This document shows, piece after piece, positions 28,101 through 38,064 of a stretch of 64,000 nucleotides of DNA (within the stretch, counting starts at the first letter, position 1; every line of letters begins with the position of its first letter). The stretch lies in the NCBI RefSeq assembly GCF_037042905.1, contig NC_087252.1, positions 19,532,001 to 19,596,000 of the forward strand, given 5' to 3'. The stretch comes from Lytechinus pictus (Eukaryota). The notes under the pieces are model-generated. The model had not been told where the DNA came from and ran no database searches. It saw only the letters and a program-made list of their open reading frames with translations. The position numbers were made by a program, and so were the translations under genes.

Positions 28101-31100
28101 GCAATGTCTTGCATGTGATTTTCATTTTCTTTTGGCCCACCCAAGAGAATGTGCTGGTATCAACCGGGCAATGGGTTGATATTACTGTGATGTCTGGAAA
28201 CGTGGAGAATCGCAACACCCCGGCAAGCAACTTCATTGATTTCACACACTACGTGTTCCGTGGGGATCCAGGCACGACCCTTTTCATGGAGATTCAGAAC
28301 TATACTTGGTCTGATGGCCCACTTGCCTCTCTCCTCCTTGTCTATGCTGGCTCCGGAGAGGACCCCACAGATAAATCGTCTAACGTTGCATTCTTATATG
28401 GAGATGGTTATAGTGGGTCCCTAAGTAGCTCCCCTAACTTCTCGCTTCGGAGTAACACTGGTTATGGACTCATTGGTATTCCAAAAGATGTGAATGCTTC
28501 TATTCAGCTTCGGGTTACAGCAATTGGTAAGAATTTTGAAGAAAAAAATAATTTCCCATGATTGGGGCTAGTGCAGGCATGAGATCTAGCTGCATGGCAT
28601 TTTGAAAAAAATTTAATCCAATTATGAGTAGAATTTCAAAACATGGCAAACATACTGTCAAATGTTCAAGATAGATTGTACATACCTGTAGTAGTATGGC
28701 AATAAGAACCTACATGCATTATCTTATTTAAAAAAAAATCTTATCTTTTGGTACCATATTTTGCAAAATTTGTCAAGAGGTCATGGGTTCTTTACATAAA
28801 ATAAGTGCTAGTTTCCAAAATGATCATCATTTTCTATGGCGTAATTTCCTTCGGCAAGAAATTTATCCACATTGTGCTGCACTCGACCCAGGTGAGGTAA
28901 ATGGGTATCCGGCAGGATTAATTCCTTGAATGCTTGAGCGCCTAGGCAGCCCAGCTAAAGCCGGGGTAATAATAGCAGGGCCCGCTGGGAGAACAGTTTT
29001 CGGAACTGAAGCGGCTACCCTGGGTAAATATACCGCTATTATTATTATTATTATTATTATTATTATCAATATGTGCTGGAATGAATGGAAAGTTCTTGTT
29101 TTCATCAACTGCTACTAAGCTCTGCTAATTTGACTTCCTACATCATTTGATTAATGCTTCTCTTTTAGAATGATCACAATCATATTCTTAAAGACATTCC
29201 ATCATAATAACAATAAAATATCTAAGAAAAAACACACCATATTTTCTCTTTTGTTCTCAGCCTGTGACGAGACTGAGAGTCTATGCAATGGATCACCTCA
29301 CTGTGTTAACCTGGAAACTGACCTATGTAATGGAGAATATGAGTGCGTCAATAGTCAGGAAGACGAATTAAATTGTGATGAGGGTAAGGAGAATTGCTTG
29401 AATGGGATGGTGGGGATGAAACTAATGAAAGATGGTGATCGATGCGGATGAGGTAGGGGGTGAATTTGATAATGATTGTGTTGATGATTTTGGTGATGGT
29501 GCTGATGATGATTGTGGTAAAGAAAGGTAAAAAATATGCAAATTCTTTATGGATTGAATTCAAGCTTACTATGATTGTTTATATTATTACTATGGCATGC
29601 ATTATATTTCTCAACAGTGTGTAATATATCATACCTATTCAATGGATTGTCTTTATCTCTATCTTCAATGAGTAATATTAAAAATGTATTTATATAAGGA
29701 CTGTGGATCATATTTATCTTCGTGAATTATTCATAGTGGTAAAATGTATATAATGACTATAACCTCTGTGTTTATAATAAAGCAATATTGACTGGCCTCG
29801 GGGCGATACGACATATATCGCCCATACTAGATTAATATCGCCCGAGTCGTAGACGAGGGTGATATCAATTTAGTGAGGGCGATATATGTCCTTTCGCCCC
29901 CAGGCCAGTCAACATTGCTATTAACCAAATCAGACATCTAGAGCAAAGATCGTTAAAATTTAGATATTTTGAAGTTTAAGAATGAGAATCTAGTTTGTCA
30001 TGTTGAGCAGACTGGGCCTTTGAACTTTACCATTGTGACGTTATTGAAATGATGCGTCCCTGGCCTAGGGACGCAGTATCAAGCATTGTCTCAACTTGAT
30101 TACCATTATGACGTATAGCACTGCGCGGTTCAAGGACGCGTACAAAAACGCGTAGAATACCCGGATGTTAGCTCTGCTTTATTGCCCGCTACATTTCCAC
30201 GCATTTTCTCATTGACTTTCCTGAGCGGGCAATAAATTGGGCCCGTGGATAAACAATTGGAAATTTATTGACCGGCCATTTGATCCCAGTCTTAAGCAGG
30301 CAACAATGTATCAAAGTTGCCCTGCTCAGATGTCTGATACGGTTAATAATAGTCAATATCATCATTGTAACATGGATTACACTTTTCTAACAGTGTGTGA
30401 TGTTTCCTGTGCCTTGAAATGATCATGTGTATCTTCATAAATTAAAGGGGAATCCAACCCAAATAAAAACTTGTTTTTATAAGGAAAAAAAAAATCAGAC
30501 AAGTTGATAGGTGAAAGTTTGAACAATATTGGACAAACAACAAGAAAGTTATGAATTTTTAACAGTTGTAAATATTGGTAATCTCTATACACATGTAGAC
30601 TTCAAATTGGCCGCATATGGGATGTCATAGTGATGTAAGGCAAGGACTACTCTTCCATGTACTCCAATACATATTATGGCGAAAATGTCATTTTTCCCAA
30701 AAGTTTTATTTCAAATTTATTTTTCTTTCATGAGGACATACAACAATATATACTACCTGGGTTATATTTAGATTACTGCCCCAGGGGAATGGGTACTTAG
30801 GAGAAAACCACAAATCCCTGATAATAAAGTACATGGCCTATGGGAAAGTTGTCCGTGCCCTTTGTCATAACTTACTTACGCAGTTGCCAATTTGAAATCT
30901 ACATAGTATTAGTGATCTCAATTTCAAAGCAGCTATAACTTTCTTATTGCTTGTCCGGTTTCTTTCAAACTTTCACCATTCTGTTTAATTTATTTTTCTC
31001 CTTCCCAACACAACATTTTATGGCCAAGGCTGGATTCCCCTTTAATCATATTGGTAAATGTATGTATATACTTACTATAACCTTTGTTAACGGTCAAGAT

Positions 31101-34100
31101 CCTTGTAACATGCACTACATCTTTTTTCCAGTAGTATTATTATAACCTTCGCTATCAGCCAGTATCAAGCGTGATTTTGTTTCAACAGTGTAAAAAATAT
31201 TCTGGCCCTTCATTCAATCATCATTTTCACTATCCTCATTGATTATTCATATTGGTACATTTATACAAGAAACTATAAACTGTTAAAACAGTCAATATTA
31301 TCATTATAACATGGATTATTACTTTTCCAGGTGTGTGTGATTTTTCCTGCGCATTGAATGAATCGTCTTGTCTATATCCTCATGATTACTGTGATGACGA
31401 GATTGACTGTGCTGGCGGAGAAGATGAATTTGCTTGTGATTCAGGTATATACACTTTTTGTGTAAAAGCCACTTTAACAGACTCCATATGGTTATGATTG
31501 ATCTGGAATATGATGTTGGAATAAAACGTGAAATTTGATACAAATATGAGACATGGAGCATCTTATTGTTTAAAGCCCTGTATGTAAATCTTCTTGCAAA
31601 TACTTGTGTTAACATCTGTGACTATGCTGTCATCCTATACTAGAATACATGTAAAATTGGATATCTACTGACCTCATTGCAGTTGTTCAATTGGTTACGA
31701 CTTGAAACCCATTTGGCCTTTGCTCCAGAATAAGGACTTGCAAGTTGCAATCATCCAAAATCAGTTGCATTATCATTAGACTTTGTTGCATATTTTAATA
31801 AGAGAAGGGTATGAGGTAATTAATTGTTCAGCCCCAGTAGGATTTGATGAAAATTTACAGTGGTTATAATGTAATAATATCTTTGTATCAATTTCTGTTT
31901 TTATCTTTTTGTTATAGATTGTTTCAAGTGCCCAGGATATTACACTTGCCTTTATGACTCTGTGGTTTGTGACTTCTATGATAATTGCTATGGTGGAGCA
32001 GATGAAGCAGAAAGTCTCTGCAGAGATTCGGAATTTATCAGTAAGTCTTTTGTTATTATTCTTCAGCAGAGAATCAAATTATATCAGTAAGATTTCTGTT
32101 CTCATTCTTATCAGTAAAACTTTTGTTATCATTCTTCAGGAGAAACTCAAATTATATGAGTAATAATTGTATTATTATTCTTCAGAAGAACCGAAAATTG
32201 TATCAGTAAGAATTTTATTTTCATTCTTTAGCAGAGACCCAGGTGATCTCAGTGTAGACTTTTTCATCTTCAGGAGAAATTCAACTGGTATTCATAAGAC
32301 TTTTTATCCGTCAAAATGATGGCGCACAGCCACAACTAGAATGTAACAAGTGATTGAAATATTTGGAAAATGTGATTGAGAATAAAACAGTAACATTTGT
32401 TGCAGTGCATATCTTTTTTTGCCGATCCACAAAGTTTAACCGGCTTTAATCCATGCAGAATTTTTTTAATATACACTTCACAGGTTGTCTGTTATTTTTA
32501 CCCAAATTATCATTAGCGAAAGTCTGTACTAGTTGTCTCTGCAGTGTCCCATTGTTTTTGTCCACATAGCGGCAAGTTGTGCAGTGATATTAAAATGTAG
32601 TTTGCATTTTTTGTGCATCATGATTGTGACAAGTGCCCTTAGTATCTTATTTTCCTCCGATAACCCATCTTTCTCGTATTTAGAATCATTTTGTGGAGTG
32701 GCAATTTCGGGTAATCATTACAAATATTTCTGAATGTCTTTTCCAATCATAGTACCGGTGGATGTGACAGCTGATGAATGGATCACAATCGAACAACGTT
32801 CAGGAGATGCCGTGGAAGATCGCGGCACAAGGGCCAGCGAGTTCTACGACTTCTACCATTACGTCTTCTATTCCGATCCTGGTGCAACACTGTATATGGA
32901 GCTGTTGAACTTCACATGGTCTGAGAATGCACCTCAGCTTATCCCTCTCCTGCGCATCATTGCTGGAGCGGGTGAAGATCCAGCATCTGGTCCAAATAAC
33001 AGAGCATACTATGATGCAACAGGGTACGAGTACAGTATCAGCTCGTTAAGGGCTTTCTCCTTGACCAACAGCACAGGCTTTGTTCTCCTTGCTTTCCCCA
33101 AGAATGTGAATACTTATGTGAAGTTCAGGGTCACAGCTAACGGTGAGTATACCAGAAACACAATTAGGTCATAGTTTGCCATTTCAGGTAGCAACAAGGC
33201 AAAGAAGTGCTTAGAGATCAAATGATTTGCTGAATTCTATCCTGTGACAGCCATTTATTATAGCTAAAAGAAAGAATTGCTAATGACCGGTTAATTAGTT
33301 AAAGGGATGGTCTTGGCTGGAAATATTAATATCTAGAATAGAGTAAAATTCACAGAGAAAAATGCTGAAAATTTCATCAAAATCGGATAACAAATAATGA
33401 AGTTATTGAATTTTAAAGTTTATTGATATTTTGTGAAAACAATTATATGCACATCATCATGAATATTCATTAGGTGGGCTGATGATGTCACATCCCCACT
33501 TCCCTTTTCTTATGTTAATACATGAAATCATAAATGTGTAAATTATGTGTCTCCATTATGATGAAATAAGTTGCGGCAATAAATAAATTATGTACTTAAT
33601 CAATTGTCCATCCATTTGTTTTAGTTCTTGGTAGAAAAATTTTGAATAAACCTAATTTCATATAATAAAATACAAAGAACAAGTGGGGATATGATATCAT
33701 CAGCCCACCTTATATTCATAAATACATGCCTAGAACTGTTTCACCGGATAATGCAAAAGTTTAAAATTCAATAACTTCGTTATTATCCGATTTTGATCAA
33801 ATTTTCAGCATTTTGATTTGTGAATTTTACCCTCATTCATTGAGATATAAAGATCTCCAGCCTGGACCATCCCTTTGATGCCAGATCTATTGACCATACA
33901 TATAATGGTTTATCAAATAACAATAATCTGCATTACCATCTTGTAAAATTTATATATGGCTTGAATGGAAGAGGAATCTCAGCATAAATAAATAAATAAT
34001 ATAGGATTTGTATAGTGCACATATCCACCTTGCTAGGTGCTCAAGGCGCTCCTATATTACCCCCGGCTAAGCTAGTCTACCGATTCTGGTGCGCACAGCT

Positions 34101-36728
34101 TTTTGAGGAATTACTTCCTGCCAGTACCCATTTACCTCACCTGGGTGGATGGCACAGTGTGGATAAATTTGTTGCTGAAGGAAAACAAGCCATGGCTTGG
34201 ATTTGAACCCACGACCCTCTGTTTGAAAGGCGAGAGTCAGAACCACTAGCCCACGATGCGCCCACTATAAGCATCTTGAAGTCTGAATCCTCAAATGCAT
34301 AGTCATTCACAACACTCTTAACAGTGGACAGTATACAGGTGTACCATAAATTAGTGACTTAGGATATAGTTTTATCTGTGCTCGTAATAGTGTCGTGTTG
34401 GGATCGGTAATTATAAGAAGGGAAGCGTAATGAAGAAACTTTTGAGAAAGTTATACAGTTCAAAATCACAAAGTATTTAATTATCAATATTCAGCTACAG
34501 TTCGAAGTACTTGAAGATTCAGATATAATAGGAGACGATGAATATAAAATAATTTAGAAGTATCAGATTGAGATTGTGAAGTTAAGATAATATTTGATGG
34601 ACGTCTAAGTCTTGAAATCAGTCAGTCTATCTGGATGAGTGTGGGTCTAGTATTCTTCTGTATTCTCTCTCCTCTAATAATCAAGAAGTCTTATTTATAT
34701 CATTAGTTTTAGGGGTGTAACAATTTAAGGTGGGAGTGATCTAAACTCGTTCTGATTGGTCTACAGGTAACTGTCTATCAAACTTTCTCTGGTATAAGGG
34801 GTGTGGTGATGCTCTGTTCAATTGACTGGGGCTGGAATCATGTTACTTGCCTGAATGCAGCTAGAAGTGTCCTCCAGACTCAATTGCTTTGCTGTTCATA
34901 GCTTTACATACATTTAATCATGTATGGTGATTGGTTCAAAAGGCATCATGTGACCGATTATATTCTAAGTACGATGTTGCGTGATGTCGGACCTTGTTAT
35001 ATATTCCACCCTGAAAATTTCCTGTCAGGTACATTTTTACCTCACCTGCGTTGAGTGCAGCATAATATGGATCAATTTCTTGCAAATGGAAATTACACCA
35101 TGGCTGGGATTTGAAGCCACAAACCTCTTTTTGCCAAGTCGGAGACTTATCCCCCGATCCACAACTCTCTGCATATTAGCAATGTGAAGAAATCCTCTCT
35201 GGGCGAACAGGTTTGACCATGCCCCATTGAGCATTCAATATTTGTGTACATCTTTCATGACTTGACATGTTTTGATTATTCTTTTATACAGCAACCACTC
35301 CTGCCACTAGTTCTACAAACAGCCCTGAAACTAGTTCTCCAACCAGTCCTACAGTTAGTCCTGCTACTAGTTCTCCAACCAGTCCTACAATAAGTCCCGA
35401 TACTAGTTCCCCAATCGGTCCTACAGTTAGTCCCGATACTAGTTCCCCAACCAGTCCTACAGTTAGTCCCGATACTAGTTCTCCAACCAGTCCTACAGTT
35501 AGTCCTGCTACTAGTTCCCCAACCAGTCCTACAATAAGTCCCGATACTAGTTCCCCAACCGGTCCTACAGTTAGTCCCGATACTAGTTCCCCAACCAGTC
35601 CTACAGTTAGTCCTGCTACTAGTTCCCCAACCAGTCCTACAATAAGTCCCGATACTAGTTCCCCAACCGGTCCTACAGTTAGTCCTGATACTAGTTCCCC
35701 AACCAGTCCTACAGTTAGTCCCGATACGAGTTCTCCAACCAGTCTTACAACTACCCCTACTCCTACTACTACAACCACTTCTACAAGTCCTACCGACACA
35801 TATGGTTAGTTGAAGGTTACATACCAATTCTCTCTATCTTTCCCTCTTTTTCTCTTATTTTGCTAGAGTTCGTTTTTTGTTTCCATCTATCACTCTCTGG
35901 TTTCTTTCTCTATCTCTCTCTCCCCCTCCCTCCTTCATTCACTATTTCTCTCACTCTCTCTCCCCCTCCCTCATTAACTCTTTCTTTCTAGATTGCTCCC
36001 TCTTTTACTGTGTCTCCTCACTTTCTCTTGCTCTATCTTCCTTTGTTATCTTTTGATTTAAGTTTTTATGCCTCTGTCCACCATAGTTGGTTGCCAGGGT
36101 CATCATGTTTTAGGGTTGTCCATCTGTCTGTGCGTCCCATTTTTTTCTCTCACAGTAATTAAAGAATCGTGTGACAGATAAAAGTACATGTTTTTTTATA
36201 TTAGGTTAACTTCATATCTATGTGATTAATTTCCTTGTAAAAAATCAAAATCATAGGTCATTACCTACCTTGATCCCGACATAATAAATTTCCTGTGTTA
36301 GTTGCAAAATATCCCGCTTAAACTGCTGCATAGTTAAATACGTTATCATGCAAAAGCAGAAGTACTTGGAGTTCATTTCAATCTATCTCATTTCTCAAGA
36401 TAATATACCAATATGTAGAGGTATAATTGAGGGGGGTGTCACAAGGATTGAACTAGGATTTAAAGTCATGCTTGGTGCTGACACGCACATATAAGTGATA
36501 ACGCACATGTAAGTGATACTTAACTCTTTGTGAACCCCCCTTCAGTTGTTATGCACATGTATTGGGGAAAATGTAAAGAAATTTCTCAAGTAATGTCATG
36601 AGAAGTAGCTCATAGAAGAGAATAACCCGCCCTCAAAATAAAATGCAAGTCATTATACTGTAGAAAATATTCCTGTATATAACTTAATATAATTGGCTAT
36701 TTATAACTAAATATAAATTATATAATAT

Positions 36729-36766
<38 letters not shown>

Positions 36767-38064
36767 ATCTATATAATTAAGTGTAATAAATCATAACGAA
36801 AATGTAACTAAATCAAACTGATGGACAAGTAATTTATATTTGAAAATAACTGAATATGACCCAAACGTAACTAAATATAACTAGAATGTGACAAAATAAA
36901 AACTAACATATTTTTCATCTGTGTTGTCTTTACAAGTGAGTGTACCAGTGGATAATGAGTGGCATGAAGTTAACAATGTCATTGGTGTTCTTCAGGAGAA
37001 TGGTGATTACCTGGAAGCCATATGGCGTTTCTATGCTCCAAGCGACTCCTACGTCCTCCTGTTTGAAGTGACTACAGCCTATGTCCTCAGTCCCGGCTCT
37101 GAAGTCCTTTTTGGCACAGATCCATTCTTTGATCCTCATGTTGCTAAAATTGAACATTTTGGGACTGATATTCCATTCGGAATATACGACTTCTATGTGC
37201 TAAGTGATGAGGCCTATGTTTCTATCATGGTACCCGTGGATTCATCAATGGACGAGACCAGTTTGCAGTTCCGCGTCAGAGCTGAACTACATGGTAAGAA
37301 AAAGTCCACTTATTTTTACCTGCAACTGTTAAAAAGGGGAGCCGATCCTGCCAACTTGACTTAGGTGTAAATGTAAGCAGCAAACTTTGGGAATCATTGA
37401 TTAAGGTTTGATGAAAATCCTTTCAAGAATAACAGATTGTCAGCAATTACGGGATTTCGGGGGAGCATTTATCATGGCCTGAATCCACAAAGGTGGTTTC
37501 GAAAACCATTAATTGAACTGATGGTTAATGCAGATTTCCTCTATAAAGTACGCTTGATTGATATCTATTTATACCAATACTGATACGCTGTTTTGTCTTA
37601 GTGCACCAAATTGACACCTGTTGCCATGGTTTTGAATGCTAGTTTATTCATGAGTCCACTGTTTTTAACAGTGGATTCATTAATTCTAAACAGTGGACTC
37701 GTGAGTAAAATAGCATGCACAACTATGGAAACAGGCGTCAATTTGGCGCACTGTGACAAAAGCGTGTATCACTATTTATTTGGTAATTTTATCATATATG
37801 CAGTAGATTAAGCGTGATTAATACTGGAAATCTGCATTAACCATCGGTTCAACCAATGGTTTTTTAAATCACCCTTTATGAATTCAGGCCTATGAAATCA
37901 AAGACTTTAGAAACCAGCATGAATCAGCAGTTTTCTTTTTTTTTGTTTCGGTAACAGATTGTGAAGGAGATCAAAGCCCATGTGTTGAATGCAGTGGTGG
38001 AACATTATGTTCTCCTGTGCTGGATTGTTCTGTATCAGATGCTTATCGGTGTCCAGATGTTTGA
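1023..38064 (+). CDS. Gene A (5'-partial, 20 exons): extracellular mosaic protein, 4x[3 LDLa + Cys-free CUB-like domain] + mucin repeat + CUB-like domain + Cys-rich tail
   Basis: Exons 1023-1142, 4903-5022, 5450-5572, 7517-7677, 9513-9750, 10193-10312, 12855-12965, 14192-14314, 15437-15826, 16762-16881, 25811-25930, 26663-26785, 28146-28526, 29261-29383, 31331-31444, 31918-32040, 32753-33142, 35292-35804, 36937-37293, 37958-38064. All junctions are AG/GT and join into one open frame (all phase 1 except one phase-0 intron), ending TGA 38062-38064. Confidence 0.88.
1143..1615 (+). repeat. Degenerate 100-bp tandem copies of the exon 3' half plus donor site
   Basis: GAAG|GT(A/G)AGA recurs at 1225, 1325 and 1425; a further copy resumes at 4553-4640. 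Confidence 0.8.
1622..4250. repeat. 25/26-bp minisatellite, about 100 copies (TGGTAGGCCAATGGTGGATAGTGAA)
   Basis: Direct periodicity with variant units clustered in blocks. Confidence 0.97.
4903..5022 (+). CDS. Gene A exon: LDLa repeat (module 1, second)
   Basis: caacag|..ACA G|gtaag; [39 protein letters not shown]. Confidence 0.92.
5450..5572 (+). CDS. Gene A exon: LDLa repeat, CxxC type (module 1, third)
   Basis: ccttag|..AAA A|gtaag; [40 protein letters not shown]. Confidence 0.92.
5665..5884. mobile_element. hAT-like MITE inserted in a Tc1/mariner-like MITE relic (about 5615-6062)
   Basis: TIR CAGGCGCGGATCC / GGATCTGCCCCTG; imperfect 8-bp TSD tataatgt/tgtaaggt; the host resembles 7963-8187. 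Confidence 0.7.
7010..7500. repeat. CT-rich low-complexity tract with ~20-bp subrepeat
   Basis: Repeated tcttactctcttttgcta upstream of the acceptor at 7516. Confidence 0.8.
7517..7677 (+). CDS. Gene A exon: N-terminal half of CUB-like domain 1
   Basis: ccatag|..ATA CAG|gtttgt; [40 protein letters not shown], paralogous to exons at 15437, 28146, 32753. Confidence 0.88.
7696..7910. mobile_element. MITE with 8-bp TSD and internal CCCTAA-like repeats
   Basis: TSD AATCATTT on both sides; TIR GGTTCCATGACATTTGCTC / GAGCAAATGTTATAACACC. Confidence 0.85.
7963..8187. mobile_element. Tc1/mariner-like MITE
   Basis: CAGTGGTGCTCAAAAGT / ACTTTTGAGCACAACTG-TA termini. Confidence 0.7.
9004..9440 (+). mobile_element. 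tRNA-derived SINE interrupted by a MITE
   Basis: A/B boxes (tggcccagtgg; ggttcaaaccc); family core ..cccaggtgaggtaaa.. split at 9130/9308. Confidence 0.75.
9131..9307. mobile_element. PIF/Harbinger-like MITE (CAG TSD)
   Basis: TIR ..TTTCATAAAGCTGTT / AACAGCTTTATGAAAC; TSD CAG within CCAGG. Confidence 0.8.
9513..9750 (+). CDS. Gene A exon: C-terminal half of CUB-like domain 1
   Basis: attcag|AAT..ATC G|gtatg; [33 protein letters not shown]. Confidence 0.88.
10193..10312 (+). CDS. Gene A exon: LDLa-like repeat (module 2, first)
   Basis: ctttag|..GAA G|gtaag; [39 protein letters not shown]. Confidence 0.9.
10258..11240 (+). repeat. 100-bp tandem array (10 units) of exon 3' half + 5' splice site + intron start
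   Basis: GAAG|GTAAG at 10312, 10412 ... 11212; two variants largely alternate. Confidence 0.95.
11590..11730 (+). mobile_element. SINE 5' fragment followed by a truncated MITE (to about 12395) related to 39350-40115
   Basis: Shares head and core with copies at 9004, 28836, 33985; the downstream part shares agatctcggccg..ttgcgcgatc and ttgggtctgacatgc with the 39350 element. Confidence 0.7.
12855..12965 (+). CDS. Gene A exon: LDLa repeat (module 2, second)
   Basis: tgacag|..CCA G|gtaag; [36 protein letters not shown] (absent from the ORF track). Confidence 0.9.
14192..14314 (+). CDS. Gene A exon: LDLa repeat, CxxC type (module 2, third)
   Basis: ctgaag|..ATC A|gtaag; [40 protein letters not shown]. 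Confidence 0.9.
14370..14654. mobile_element. Two adjacent Harbinger-like MITEs
   Basis: GGGGACCAGATTCATAAA..TTTATGAAACACGACC, then CAG, then GGGAGCATTTCAT..ATGAAATGCTCCC. Confidence 0.65.
14910..15071. mobile_element. PIF/Harbinger-like MITE (CTG TSD)
   Basis: TIR GTGGGTGTTTCATAAAGCTGTTCGTAA; TSD CTG within CCTGG. Confidence 0.88.
15437..15826 (+). CDS. Gene A exon: CUB-like domain 2
   Basis: caatag|..GTC G|gtaag; 390 nt; [50 protein letters not shown]. Confidence 0.92.
16762..16881 (+). CDS. Gene A exon: canonical LDLa repeat (module 3, first)
   Basis: ccacag|..GAC G|gtgag; [39 protein letters not shown] matches the CI..WVCD...DC.DGSDE..C consensus. Confidence 0.93.
17805..18345. repeat. 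~179-bp tandem repeat x3
   Basis: ctgtt(g/a)aaaatggaagtaaaatcacaatgg at 17812, 17996 and 18175. Confidence 0.92.
18386..19306. repeat. Head-to-tail dimer of a ~455-bp MITE-like unit
   Basis: taggtatcacaggcctaattc at 18386 and 18839; each unit ends attaggcc(c)gtgcagcctgta. Confidence 0.85.
20876..25041. mobile_element. TTAA-targeting (Kolobok-like) non-autonomous element carrying a ~230-bp satellite array
   Basis: Perfect 16-bp TIR GGACGTTCCACAGTTA; TTAA at 20872-75 and 25042-45; aaaatccatg recurs about every 230 bp. Confidence 0.88.
22494..23447 (+). mobile_element. Helentron/DINE-1-like element (inner copy)
   Basis: Same termini as the 19611 element (GTCTCACCTGCAT..ATGCAGGTGAGAC..ccacttgtt), inserted in a T-run without a TSD. 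Confidence 0.85.
25811..25930 (+). CDS. Gene A exon: LDLa repeat (module 3, second)
   Basis: caacag|..ACA G|gtaag; [39 protein letters not shown]. Confidence 0.92.
26663..26785 (+). CDS. Gene A exon: LDLa repeat, CxxC type (module 3, third)
   Basis: gtatag|..ATC C|gtaag; [40 protein letters not shown]. Confidence 0.9.
28146..28526 (+). CDS. Gene A exon: CUB-like domain 3
   Basis: cccaag|AG AAT..ATT G|gtaag; [53 protein letters not shown]. Confidence 0.9.
28836..29067 (+). mobile_element. 5'-truncated SINE with (TTA)n tail
   Basis: Family core ggcaagaaatttatccacattgtgctgcactcgacccaggtgaggtaaatggg; (ATT)n tail. Confidence 0.8.
29261..29383 (+). CDS. Gene A exon: LDLa-like repeat (module 4, first)
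   Basis: tctcag|..GAG G|gtaag; [40 protein letters not shown]. Confidence 0.9.
29772..30350. mobile_element. Unclassified element made of two adjacent inverted-repeat blocks
   Basis: IR agcaatattgactggcct/aggccagtcaacattgct, then IR ttaacc..atcagacatct/agatgtctgat..ggttaa. Confidence 0.6.
30446..31041. mobile_element. TTAA-TSD (Kolobok-like) MITE
   Basis: TTAA-AGGGGAATCCA..TGGATTCCCCT-TTAA. Confidence 0.85.
31331..31444 (+). CDS. Gene A exon: LDLa repeat (module 4, second)
   Basis: ttccag|..TCA G|gtata; [37 protein letters not shown]. Confidence 0.88.
31918..32040 (+). CDS. Gene A exon: LDLa repeat, CxxC type (module 4, third)
   Basis: ttatag|..ATC A|gtaag; [40 protein letters not shown]. 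Confidence 0.9.
32753..33142 (+). CDS. Gene A exon: CUB-like domain 4
   Basis: tcatag|..AAC G|gtgag; [51 protein letters not shown]. Confidence 0.92.
33303..33874. mobile_element. TTAA-TSD (Kolobok-like) palindromic MITE
   Basis: TTAA-AGGGATGGTC..GACCATCCCT-TTGA with long internal inverted arms. Confidence 0.8.
33985..34265 (-). mobile_element. Near full-length tRNA-derived SINE
   Basis: Reverse-strand tRNA-like head (ctagtggttctgactctcgcc..gggttcaaatcc), family core and (TTTA)n tail. Confidence 0.82.
35292..35804 (+). CDS. Gene A exon: mucin-like Ser/Thr/Pro tandem repeat (12-aa unit [13 protein letters not shown])
   Basis: atacag|CA ACC ACT..TAT G|gttag; 513 nt, phase 1-1, about 11-12 copies of a 36-bp unit followed by a Thr-rich stretch. 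Confidence 0.88.
36937..37293 (+). CDS. Gene A exon: divergent CUB-like domain 5
   Basis: tacaag|TG..CAT G|gtaag; [34 protein letters not shown], same motif order as domains 1-4. Confidence 0.85.
37476..37890. mobile_element. Harbinger-like palindromic MITE (related copy 52193-52483)
   Basis: GGCCTGAATCCACAAAGG..CCTTTATGAATTCAGGCC. Confidence 0.78.
37958..38064 (+). CDS. Gene A terminal exon: short 6-Cys module and stop codon
   Basis: taacag|AT TGT..; [35 protein letters not shown]. Confidence 0.75.

Noticed and set aside
34391..35010. Possible solo LTR
   Set aside because: Promoter-like motifs are present, but I could not define TG..CA ends or a TSD.
35276..35827. Minus-strand ORFs of 183 and 171 aa
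   Set aside because: Antisense shadows of the + strand mucin exon, which has proper phase-1 splice sites.
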